A stretch of 64,000 nt of DNA, from positions 12,406-76,405 of the forward strand of contig CAZHUX010000001.1 of the NCBI GenBank assembly GCA_964535445.1. The letters run 5' to 3'. The notes beneath the pieces were generated by a model. It was not told the DNA's origin, did no database searches, and saw only the letters and a program-made list of their open reading frames with translations. Positions within the stretch are counted from its first letter, which is position 1. Every line of letters begins with the position of its first letter. A program made the translations under genes and the position numbers. The stretch comes from an uncultured Galactobacillus sp. (GTDB lineage Bacteria > Bacillota_I > Bacilli_A > Erysipelotrichales > Erysipelotrichaceae). This document shows positions 9,428 to 16,844 of the stretch, piece by piece.

Positions 9428-10096
9428 CTATTTCAGAATATCCTTCAGATCTGCAAGGCATTCCTTGCGTACATAGTGGATGGCAAGATTACCCTGATAG
9501 TCTTTTTTATCCTTATCAGCGCCCGCCTTGAGAAGTGTAGTAACAAGTGAAGGTATACCAATGTAGGCTGCTCTCATCAAAGCCGTGCAGCCCTTCTGGT
9601 CTGCCGCATTAACATCTGCACCTGCCTTCAGCAATTCATCTATAACATCAAGCTTATAGGCATTAACAGCTTCCATTAATGGTGTACGGCCGCTGTCATC
9701 TGCTTCATTGACATCTGCCCCTTTGGAAATCAGATATTTAACCGTTTCAACCTGTCCTAATAAAGATGCTCTGGCTAATGCTGTTCTGCCCTTATTATCT
9801 CTGGCATTCACATCTGCCCCGGCATGAATAAGCATTCTGCAGATCTCTGTATGTCCCTTCTTGGCTGCACCCATCAATGCTGTCTTGTTATTACGGTCAC
9901 GTGCTCTTACATCTGCGCCATTGTCCAAGAGAAAGCGGACAATCTTGTCATAGCCGCGCTTTGCACTTCTCATCAATGCTGTGCGTCCGTCACCATTAGC
10001 AACATTGACATCTGCGCCCTTGGAGACCTGTGCACATACTTTGGCAAAATCACCTGCCGCTGCTGCATCAAAGAATTCCTGATTTGTCTGATCCAT
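9428..10096 (-). CDS. Ankyrin-repeat protein (about 6 repeats)
   Basis: The pattern G-x-TALM-x-AA-x-x-G-H-x-x-x-V-x-x-LL-x-x-GADVNA recurs roughly every 33 aa. AGGAGG lies upstream of the ATG. The gene ends 16 nt before the EF-G paralog. Confidence 0.85.
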   Translation of the reverse strand: MDQTNQEFFDAAAAGDFAKVCAQVSKGADVNVANGDGRTALMRSAKRGYDKIVRFLLDNGADVRARDRNNKTALMGAAKKGHTEICRMLIHAGADVNARDNKGRTALARASLLGQVETVKYLISKGADVNEADDSGRTPLMEAVNAYKLDVIDELLKAGADVNAADQKGCTALMRAAYIGIPSLVTTLLKAGADKDKKDYQGNLAIHYVRKECLADLKDILK

Positions 10097-10137
10097 ATTG
10101 ATTACCTCCTGTTATAAAATCAGATTATTTTTGGATT

Positions 10138-10169
10138 AAAAAAGATGAACACGTATTTACGCATTCATC
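10138..10169 (-). terminator. Intrinsic terminator inside the 5' leader of the ankyrin/EF-G operon (candidate attenuator)
   Basis: On the minus strand, GATGAATGCG-TAAATA-CGTGTTCATC forms a 10-bp stem (2 G.U pairs) followed by TTTTTT. It sits about 40 nt upstream of the ankyrin ATG. Confidence 0.7.
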
Positions 10170-10272
10170 CTATAAACATATTAAGGCTCGCCAAAGCACT
10201 CCCGAAAAGACGAGTGCCGGATACAATTCCATTGAAATCAGGTACCATTAAAACAGTTTTTGTCCTTCCCAT
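10165..10272 (-). CDS. Candidate 35-aa leader peptide ORF
   Basis: My own translation gives ATG..TGA = MGRTKTVLMVPDFNGIVSGTRLFGSALASLNMFIG. GGAG lies 9 nt upstream. The stop codon TGA lies inside the 5' arm of the terminator hairpin. It is below the ORF-track size cutoff. Confidence 0.35.
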   Translation of the reverse strand: MGRTKTVLMVPDFNGIVSGTRLFGSALASLNMFIG

Positions 10273-10319
10273 GATGATCAACTCCAGTCTATTGTGCTTT
10301 GGTGATAGTTACTAACTAT

Positions 10320-10347
10320 ATTTTAACGGAAACCACAATAACTTCAA
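10320..10347 (-). promoter_or_regulatory. Putative sigma-A promoter of the leader/ankyrin/EF-G operon
   Basis: On the minus strand, TTGAAG is separated by 16 nt from TAAAAT. Confidence 0.45.
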
Positions 10348-10414
10348 TAGAGGGAAATCAACTTATTCTCAAATAAAACAGAATCTCTGAAAATATTTAT
10401 GTAAGCGGATACAT

Positions 10415-11659
10415 TTACCATGTAACCGCAATATCAATCTGATTATGATTGACATAAATAAAGGTGCCTGTATCTCCTACAATTCCCTGCCCAAGACTTG
10501 TTTCTACAATCGATCCCAACGGATGCAGAGACTGATCAGCTGCCACGAGTATATAGCTTCCATACATCTTGACACCATCACTTCTGACCCAGTAATCACC
10601 TGGGATACCTGCTCCTTTCAAGATCCTGATAACACCATCCATAGGCAGATTGTAGTATGTCTCTTTGCCTGAAGGACCATTGATTGTTCCTGAAGAACGG
10701 GATAGTTTTTTGCCATTCCAGGATGAAGAAGATGAGGATGAACTGTCAGAGGCTGCCGCTTTCTCTGCATCTGCTTTTGCTTTTTCTTCCGCAGCCTTTC
10801 TGGCAGCGGCTTCTTCAGCAGCTTTCTTTTCTGCTAAAGCCTTTTCATAGTTCTTCCTTGCGGTTTCCTGATTCTGACGCAGTGTCTTCTCTTCTTCAGA
10901 AAGCTCATTGATATCATCAGATGTTGAAGCGTATTGGGCACTTAATTCCTGTTTCTGTGCTTCCAGCTGCTCTTTTTCTACCTGCATGGCATAGCTTTTG
11001 GCCAGAATATCATTCTGTGTATTCTGTACTTCCTGTTTCTGAGTATTTAATGTATCTCTGTCTTTCTTCAGCGTTTCTTCTGCTTTCTGATATTCATCTA
11101 AAAGCTGATCAGACTTCTGGGTAATCATGCTTAAACCATTTAGAATTCTTAACAGTTCTTCAAAGGAACTGGCACCCATGATAATGTCCGTCACTTTAGA
11201 TAAGCGCATGAATGACTGATTATTGGCTATCTGTCTCTTTACATCTTCTTTTAAAGACTGTTCTTTTTCCTCTTCTTCAGCAATTTTTGCATTCTGTTCA
11301 TCTATCTGTTTCTGAAGATCATTTACCTGATTAGTTAATGAAGCAATCTGATTCTGATAGTCCGCAATCTTGTCTGATGCTGAAGAGATGCTTTCTGTAA
11401 CCTGGTTCTGTTTACTGTCAATATCTGCTAACTGTTTCTTTAAATCAGCTGATTTTGAAGCCATATACTGCATATAGGCAGAACAGGCATTCTTGTCATT
11501 TTCATTAAGCACGGTTAAATCACTGCATTTCTTCGTCCATGCGGCTGTATCAGAATAATCATCTTCCGCATGTACCGGTATATGCAGTGTACTTAAGGCA
11601 ATGATCATGAATAAAGCAGTTATCTTATGTGCTGTTTTCCCGGAAATCATCGTTATCAT
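10415..11659 (-). CDS. Secreted coiled-coil protein with a C-terminal 3D (MltA/RlpA-like) domain; putative cell-wall hydrolase, PcsB-like architecture
   Basis: It has a signal peptide (ITALFMIIALSTLHIPVHA), a long Q/E/K-rich heptad region, a Ser-run linker, and a C-terminal segment ...YYNLPMDGV...VAADQSLHPLGSIVE...GIVGDTG. Confidence 0.6.
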   Translation of the reverse strand: MITMISGKTAHKITALFMIIALSTLHIPVHAEDDYSDTAAWTKKCSDLTVLNENDKNACSAYMQYMASKSADLKKQLADIDSKQNQVTESISSASDKIADYQNQIASLTNQVNDLQKQIDEQNAKIAEEEEKEQSLKEDVKRQIANNQSFMRLSKVTDIIMGASSFEELLRILNGLSMITQKSDQLLDEYQKAEETLKKDRDTLNTQKQEVQNTQNDILAKSYAMQVEKEQLEAQKQELSAQYASTSDDINELSEEEKTLRQNQETARKNYEKALAEKKAAEEAAARKAAEEKAKADAEKAAASDSSSSSSSSWNGKKLSRSSGTINGPSGKETYYNLPMDGVIRILKGAGIPGDYWVRSDGVKMYGSYILVAADQSLHPLGSIVETSLGQGIVGDTGTFIYVNHNQIDIAVTW

Positions 11660-11706
11660 TCTAGCACAAACAAAAATATCTCTGATATGAATCAGAGATA
11701 TCCTGT

Positions 11707-12582
11707 TTAAGCATCTTTTCCCTTTAATACTTCTACTTTGTTATAAGGGATTTCAATGTCATTTTCCTTAAACTTCTTTAACAGTGTACGTCTGACATCA
11801 CTTGCGGCATTATAGGAAGAACCCAGATCGTTGGTATGAAGCGGGAATGTAAGACGAATACCGGACGCATCAAATTCCTCTACACGGACGGTAATCGGAT
11901 CGGCATTCTGTTTCTTTTCTTCTTCCGTCCGGATATCTATAACCCCATTTGTATGCATGACCGTATCTATAATCAGCCTGATTGCCTTATCTATATCAGA
12001 ATCATAACCGATATCAAAACTGATATATCTTGTATACGTAGTCTGTCCGAATGCTCTGTCTTCAATAATGGCAGAGTTCATGACACTGTTTGGAATAATC
12101 AGTTTTGTGTTCTGCACGGTAGAAAGAATCGTATGACGGAAAGTGATTTCTACAACTGTTCCTGAGATATTCTTCTCTGGTAATGAAACAACATCCCCTA
12201 CCGCAAATGGCTGATAGATGGCAATAAAGAATCCGGCAATGAAGTTGCCGAATGTCTCCTGGGCAGCTAAGCCTACAACCACGGATAATATGGAAGTGGC
12301 TCCTAATACGGCAGAACCAAGACCTGATAAAGGACGAATGCCATCCAGTATTGCAAAGACTGCAATAGCCCAGATAATGAAACGAATGATCTTACCAAGG
12401 AAAGACAATGGCATTGTACGGCTTTCTGTCTTTTCAATTGCCCGTCTGAATGCTCTGTGCACAAGATGTGATATGATCCAGGCAATAATCAGAATAAGAG
12501 CACTGCGCAGACAGAACGCTAATAATCCATCCTGAAATATCTTTGAGCCAAAATCCCAGATTGTATCCTGTATATCTTCCAT
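11707..12582 (-). CDS. Small-conductance mechanosensitive channel (MscS family)
   Basis: It has three N-terminal TM helices, then GNFIAGFFIAIYQPFAVGDVV...GTVVEITFRHT, which matches the MscS beta-domain signature. Confidence 0.8.
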   Translation of the reverse strand: MEDIQDTIWDFGSKIFQDGLLAFCLRSALILIIAWIISHLVHRAFRRAIEKTESRTMPLSFLGKIIRFIIWAIAVFAILDGIRPLSGLGSAVLGATSILSVVVGLAAQETFGNFIAGFFIAIYQPFAVGDVVSLPEKNISGTVVEITFRHTILSTVQNTKLIIPNSVMNSAIIEDRAFGQTTYTRYISFDIGYDSDIDKAIRLIIDTVMHTNGVIDIRTEEEKKQNADPITVRVEEFDASGIRLTFPLHTNDLGSSYNAASDVRRTLLKKFKENDIEIPYNKVEVLKGKDA

Positions 12583-12589
12583 AAAAGCC

Positions 12590-13273
12590 TCACTTCAATA
12601 ACTTGTTATACGCCTTCCAATCAGGCATGTAATACGAAACAATATCATAGAACTGTTTGGAATGATTCGGTACAAGAATATGTACATATTCATGCAGAAG
12701 CACATAATCCATACATTCTTCAGGAAAATGCATCAGTCTTACTGACATGGATATATGACTTCTGGCTGGTGTACAGCTTCCCCAGCGGGAAGTCATATAC
12801 TTGATTGTGATCTTTGGAAGAGGCTTATGATTCTTCCGGCATATTTCTTCATCCCACTGTTTTCTTTTCTCTTCTAACATTCCGGTCATCTGTTTACCAG
12901 CATATTGATAGTAGATAGTATCGATTGTTTCCTTACGGTTATCCCCTGCATGATAAATGACAGTATCATTATGGAATATCATCTGATTGACAGTATCTTT
13001 AACAATCTGAACCTTATATGTTTTCCCAAGCCAGGTAACATCTCTTCCTTCAGCTCCTGTACGGATATGATCATCCTGTCTGTCCTGTGATTTCTCTGCT
13101 TTTACAATCCAGTTTTCCTTATCATGAATAAAGCGCATGACATCAGAATTTGTTACATAAACTGGACAGCTGATATGTAAATGATGATCACCTGTCAATC
13201 TCATATACATATTCTTCTGACGCTTTCGTTCAATGTCAGCAGTATAGATTTCACCCTGAATATTAATCTTCAT
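12590..13273 (-). CDS. YgjP-like metal-dependent hydrolase (DUF45/M48-like)
   Basis: It has an HEYVH zinc motif (LLHEYVHILVPNHS) and RWGSC upstream of it. The start was chosen at MKINIQGE; the track start is 13294. Confidence 0.7.
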   Translation of the reverse strand: MKINIQGEIYTADIERKRQKNMYMRLTGDHHLHISCPVYVTNSDVMRFIHDKENWIVKAEKSQDRQDDHIRTGAEGRDVTWLGKTYKVQIVKDTVNQMIFHNDTVIYHAGDNRKETIDTIYYQYAGKQMTGMLEEKRKQWDEEICRKNHKPLPKITIKYMTSRWGSCTPARSHISMSVRLMHFPEECMDYVLLHEYVHILVPNHSKQFYDIVSYYMPDWKAYNKLLK

Positions 13274-13342
13274 GTATGCTATGCAGTGTATCATTTTTCC
13301 CTTGCATATTCAAAAAACATGCGCTATTATAGTCAAGCACCT

Positions 13343-13418
13343 GGCGGTTATGGTGAAGTTGGTTAACACACTGGATTGTGGCTCCAGCATTCCGTGGGTT
13401 CGAGTCCCACTAATCGCC
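13343..13418 (+). tRNA. tRNA-His (anticodon GTG) with an encoded G(-1)
   Basis: The sequence is GGCGGTTATGGTGAAGTTGGTTAACACACTGGATTGTGGCTCCAGCATTCCGTGGGTTCGAGTCCCACTAATCGCCC. It has an anticodon loop TTGTGGC, a T-arm GTGGG-TTCGAGT-CCCAC, and an extra 5' G that pairs with C73. Confidence 0.9.
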
Positions 13419-13430
13419 CCTGATGTCAGA

Positions 13431-13457
13431 AAGTACGCTCATACGGCGTACTTTTTT
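13431..13457 (+). terminator. Terminator after tRNA-His
   Basis: AAGTACGC-TCATACG-GCGTACTT forms a hairpin followed by TTTTTT. Confidence 0.8.
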
Positions 13458-13473
13458 GTTATTCCTGAATGCA

Positions 13474-14205
13474 TCAGTCATTGTTCTCTGTCAGGCTTTT
13501 GAGATATCCGGTCACTTCACTGTCCTCTTTCAGATGACTTTCATTTGAAGTATCATACGTGTCACTGTTTACATAGATATGGAATTCTCCTGATGCTTCG
13601 GCAAGTTCCAGAATATCCAGATCTTCTCTGTTTACCGCAAATTCAATCATATAGGGAACACTGGTATCATCTTTGGGATCCATTTCCTTTCCCTGATGAT
13701 CTTTTAAAGATATGATCCTGGCATGTTCAACAAGACATCCATTGATAACAGAGTGATCTTCTTTAGTGACAGACAAATGTATATCTGCCCTCTGACCAGG
13801 AGATAAGGATCCCATGGATGCGGCATCTGTTTTAATGCCAAAGGCAGCCTGTCCTTCCTTTAACATGGCAGAAGGATGATCCGGCATATCTTTTTCATCT
13901 GTAAGCATGGAATCATAGAACAGGGATCCGGCTGGTATCTTTCCCTGTATGTCTGTATACTTTCCGATAATCTTTGCCTTATCCGTAACTGCATGATTCA
14001 GAATGTATGCTTTTGCAACAGGTACAGATACTATATCTTTTTCTTCTATTCTGGTTCTTGGATTGATATCATGAGATGCCATATAGGCTGTCTGTACATC
14101 AATCTCCTTTTCTGCATAAAGTTCAGCCATAAAGAAGAAAAGAAACACAATCACAAAACAGCATGCAATGCATACTATTACCTTTCTGATAACCTGATGT
14201 TTCAT
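13474..14205 (-). CDS. Membrane-anchored SAF-domain protein resembling CpaB/RcpC
   Basis: It has an N-terminal TM helix (VIVCIACCFVIVFLFFF), then ...INPRTRIEEKDIVSVPVAKAYILNHAVTDKAKIIGKYTDIQGKIPAGSLF, which follows the SAF/CpaB pattern. Its ATG overlaps the stop of the upstream 69-aa ORF (ATGA). Confidence 0.5.
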   Translation of the reverse strand: MKHQVIRKVIVCIACCFVIVFLFFFMAELYAEKEIDVQTAYMASHDINPRTRIEEKDIVSVPVAKAYILNHAVTDKAKIIGKYTDIQGKIPAGSLFYDSMLTDEKDMPDHPSAMLKEGQAAFGIKTDAASMGSLSPGQRADIHLSVTKEDHSVINGCLVEHARIISLKDHQGKEMDPKDDTSVPYMIEFAVNREDLDILELAEASGEFHIYVNSDTYDTSNESHLKEDSEVTGYLKSLTENND

Positions 14206-14411
14206 ATGCCCACCTGATGTTCATGGATAAGATTATGGTTTGTAGAAATCAGATACTGTACAGAAGAGACAGGTATTCTGTATTCCGTTCCTTCTTTCCG
14301 GATACAGGCTTCATGGTTATCAATATGAAGACTTCCTGTACAGATTCTGTGATTTTCAGCATAAACAAGTACTTCTTTACCAATATAGGGATTGAGATCT
14401 TTTTCTTTCAT
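14202..14411 (-). CDS. Hypothetical 69-aa protein
   Basis: AGGAGGAA lies upstream of the ATG, and the ORF is translationally coupled to the SAF-domain gene. I recognise no family. Confidence 0.45.
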   Translation of the reverse strand: MKEKDLNPYIGKEVLVYAENHRICTGSLHIDNHEACIRKEGTEYRIPVSSVQYLISTNHNLIHEHQVGI

Positions 14412-14460
14412 ATAAACATTCCTCCTGTTTATGTATTACCGGAAAAAAAGGAAATCCCAC

Positions 14461-14488
14461 AAAAAAACTGGCAGATTTCTCTGTCAGT
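14461..14488 (-). terminator. Terminator of the rnf operon
   Basis: On the minus strand, ACTGACAG-AGAAAT-CTGCCAGT forms a hairpin followed by TTTTTTT, directly after the rnfB stop. Confidence 0.7.
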
Positions 14489-14504
14489 TTATGAATTCTG
14501 ATGA

Positions 14505-14795
14505 TCAGGCAGCATCATTTGCATGTTCAGCAAGATACTTTCTGATTTCCTCTTTCTGTTCAGGTTTGGATGGCTTGCACTGATCAATTGAGCATTCACC
14601 GGAAACAAGCTTTTCAGCCATACCTGCACATCCCGGGTTACCGCAGCCGCCGCAGTTATATCCTGGTAACATTGCCAGAACATCGGCAACTCTTGTATCT
14701 TCCTTAACATAGAATTTCTTAGAGGCAAATCCCAGGATTGCGCCTAATACAGCACCTAAGACTACCATCATCAAAAATGCCTTAACGATTTCCAT
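14505..14795 (-). CDS. rnfB: Minimal RnfB: TM anchor plus the N-terminal Cys-cluster domain only (96 aa), with no polyferredoxin domains
   Basis: MEIVKAFLMMVVLGAVLGAILGFASKKFYVKED...LPGYNCGGCGNPGCAGMAEKLVSGECSIDQC matches the RnfB N-terminal region. GGAG lies upstream of ATG 14795. A terminator follows immediately. Confidence 0.7.
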   Translation of the reverse strand: MEIVKAFLMMVVLGAVLGAILGFASKKFYVKEDTRVADVLAMLPGYNCGGCGNPGCAGMAEKLVSGECSIDQCKPSKPEQKEEIRKYLAEHANDAA

Positions 14796-14973
14796 TCTCT
14801 TCTTCTCCTTTGAACGCACCCCGCATCGTGCAGTCTGTAATGCCACATGCACCACAATCAGGCTTCAGATTCTCACAGCCTTTCGGTACCGGGGTCTTCT
14901 TATTCAATCGCAGCAATACTACATTCAGCAGGAACAAGCCCGCTGCCAACAGTACCGCAATTAATGTTCTCAT
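14782..14973 (-). CDS. 63-aa Cys-rich single-pass membrane protein (resembles FeoB-associated Cys-rich membrane proteins), encoded between rnfA and rnfB
   Basis: The sequence is MRTLIAVLLAAGLFLLNVVLLRLNKKTPVPKGCENLKPDCGACGITDCT.... AAGGA lies 6 nt upstream of the ATG. The ORF overlaps the rnfB start by 14 nt. Confidence 0.5.
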   Translation of the reverse strand: MRTLIAVLLAAGLFLLNVVLLRLNKKTPVPKGCENLKPDCGACGITDCTMRGAFKGEEENGNR

Positions 14974-14982
14974 TCTGATTCC

Positions 14983-15555
14983 TTATACCAGACCGGCTAA
15001 AGAAGAGAATGCGATAGCCATAATACCTGCCACAACGAAGGCAATCGGATTGCCCTGGAAAGGCTTTGGCAGATCATTCTGAGAAAGACGTTCACGAATT
15101 GTAGCGAAGATAACCAGCATCAGCATGAATCCGGCTGGTGTAGCAACAGAGTTAACCATTGTCTGGACAAGGTTATAACCCTGTGTGATGTTATCCTGCG
15201 CAACATAGAGAACCGTGCAGTTTGTAGTGATCAGAGGCAGATAGATACCTAATGACTTATACAGAGCCGGTGCACTCTTCTTGATAAACAGTTCAACAAA
15301 CTGTACGAATGCCGCAATCAGAAGAATGAATGTAATCAGTTCCATATACTCGAGGTTTAATGGAACCAGGATGTAGTAATACAGAAGCCATGATAATACC
15401 GAAGCACCGAAGATGACGAAGATTACTGCTAAACCCATACCAATGGCTGAATCCAGATGTGTGGATACACCCATGAACGGGCACATACCTAAGAACTTTG
15501 TCAGTACGATGTTGTTAATCAGCATTGCGCTGAGGAATAAAGCAAATAAATTCAT
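14983..15555 (-). CDS. rnfA: Rnf complex subunit A
   Basis: MNLFALFLSAMLINNIVLTKFLGMCPFMGVS is the RnfA/NqrE family signature. It has a TAATG overlap with rnfE. Confidence 0.9.
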   Translation of the reverse strand: MNLFALFLSAMLINNIVLTKFLGMCPFMGVSTHLDSAIGMGLAVIFVIFGASVLSWLLYYYILVPLNLEYMELITFILLIAAFVQFVELFIKKSAPALYKSLGIYLPLITTNCTVLYVAQDNITQGYNLVQTMVNSVATPAGFMLMLVIFATIRERLSQNDLPKPFQGNPIAFVVAGIMAIAFSSLAGLV

Positions 15556-16295
15556 TATTTACCAACCTCCTTTGCTGGGGCAGCTTTCTTGGCATTAGCA
15601 GCTGCCTTTGCCTTGGCTGCCGCAATCTTGGCAGCCTTTTCAGCTGCTGCTTTCTCATCGGCAAGCTTGTTCTTATAAACAGCTACCAGAGCCGCAATCG
15701 TTGCGAATGTGAAGAAAGCACCGGTTTCGCCCTGGAACAGTGGAATTTCAAATCCCTTTGGAAGAATACGGATTGAGAAGATAACGGCACTTCCGGCAAA
15801 TGGATTTGTAAGTTCCAGAACACCTGTACCAAGAATCTGTCTAATCAAAGACATGCATAACAGTCCGCATGTGTACGCAAGACCCATCTGGAAGCCATCT
15901 AATGCAGATTCTTTTACATTATGTGTGCAGGCAAATGCTTCAGCACGTCCCAGAATAATACAGTTAACAACAATCAGTCCTAAGAATGCGCCTAATGCCG
16001 TATACAGATCTGCCGCATATGCATGCAGGAACATTTCAAGGATTGTAACTAATGTTGCAATAATAACGATGTAAACCGGAATATGAATGTCATCCGGTGT
16101 AATCTTGGCAATTAAGGAAACTGCCATGTTGGATAATACCAGAACGAAGATAACACCGATACCCATACCTAATGCGTTGTTAATGGATGTAGAGATAGCT
16201 AACGTAGAGCAGATACCAAGGTACAGACTGAACGTTGGATTCTCTGTGATCAGCTTTGAGAAAAAGCCATGTTTTTTTACTTTGTTTTCACTCAT
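15555..16295 (-). CDS. rnfE: Rnf complex subunit E, with an Ala/Lys-rich C-terminal tail
   Basis: ENPTFSLYLGICSTLAISTSINNALGMG is the RnfE/NqrD signature. The last ~35 aa are ADEKAAAEKAAKIAAAKAKAAANAKKAAPAKEVGK. Confidence 0.9.
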   Translation of the reverse strand: MSENKVKKHGFFSKLITENPTFSLYLGICSTLAISTSINNALGMGIGVIFVLVLSNMAVSLIAKITPDDIHIPVYIVIIATLVTILEMFLHAYAADLYTALGAFLGLIVVNCIILGRAEAFACTHNVKESALDGFQMGLAYTCGLLCMSLIRQILGTGVLELTNPFAGSAVIFSIRILPKGFEIPLFQGETGAFFTFATIAALVAVYKNKLADEKAAAEKAAKIAAAKAKAAANAKKAAPAKEVGK

Positions 16296-16306
16296 ATCTG
16301 ACCTCC

Positions 16307-16834
16307 TTATTTGTTAATGGTATTGAACATCTTTTCAGCAGCTTCAATACCCTGCTTGACAGCACTTGAAGTGATTGTAGCACCGGAAATTAACGGTACA
16401 TCATCACCGACCTTCAGACTCTTGATCTTATTGACATAATCATCTTCAAAAGCCTTGGATCCCTTGCCTGCTGTTTCATTCTGTTCCATTGCTTCATAAC
16501 CTGAAACAGTACCATCTTTATTGAAGCCGATTAAGAATGTAAATCCACCGGAATCATAACCTGTATTATGTACCTTGAATACATAACCCTTGTCACCAGC
16601 CTGATAGATGTTATCAATCAGACCACTGTCATCCTTGGAAATATACTGATCTGTAACTTCCGTAAAGTCATTTTCATCAGGATAGAACTCCTGTAATGTA
16701 CTCTTTACCTGAGCAACTGCATTTTCATTGATCTTAGGCAGTGTCAGAGCATTTACTGCGGATAACAGTACGCCTGCAACTGCACATACACAGGCAAGGA
16801 GGATTGTTTTATATAAACTTGAATTCTTGTCCAT
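16307..16834 (-). CDS. rnfG: Rnf complex subunit G (FMN-binding)
   Basis: It has a TM anchor and the C-terminal segment ...ISGATITSSAV, which is the flavinylation-site context. AAGGAGG lies upstream of ATG 16834, whereas the track start at 16852 is a TTG inside the RBS. Confidence 0.85.
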   Translation of the reverse strand: MDKNSSLYKTILLACVCAVAGVLLSAVNALTLPKINENAVAQVKSTLQEFYPDENDFTEVTDQYISKDDSGLIDNIYQAGDKGYVFKVHNTGYDSGGFTFLIGFNKDGTVSGYEAMEQNETAGKGSKAFEDDYVNKIKSLKVGDDVPLISGATITSSAVKQGIEAAEKMFNTINK

Positions 16835-16844
16835 ATGTGCCTCC

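Noticed and set aside
10138-10312. The leader upstream of the ankyrin gene might be a T-box or a TPP riboswitch, because it contains AATGGTACC and ACCTGAT strings.
   Set aside because: The UGGUACC-like string lies about 100 nt upstream of the terminator rather than in an antiterminator bulge. There is no specifier-loop, AGAGA or GA-motif architecture. The TPP hallmarks (CUGAGA, CUGGGG) are absent. I could not match any riboswitch class from memory, so I report it only as an unclassified attenuator.
10722-10748. The run of eight or more serine codons in the coiled-coil/3D-domain protein might be a slippage-prone, phase-variable repeat.
   Set aside because: The codons are mixed (AGT TCA TCC TCA TCT TCT TCA TCC), so this is not a true tandem repeat. 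It is most likely a flexible linker.
14505-14795. The short rnfB might be a truncated pseudogene.
   Set aside because: A clean stop is followed within 17 nt by a strong terminator. There is no downstream sequence that could encode ferredoxin-domain remnants. The retained domain is intact.
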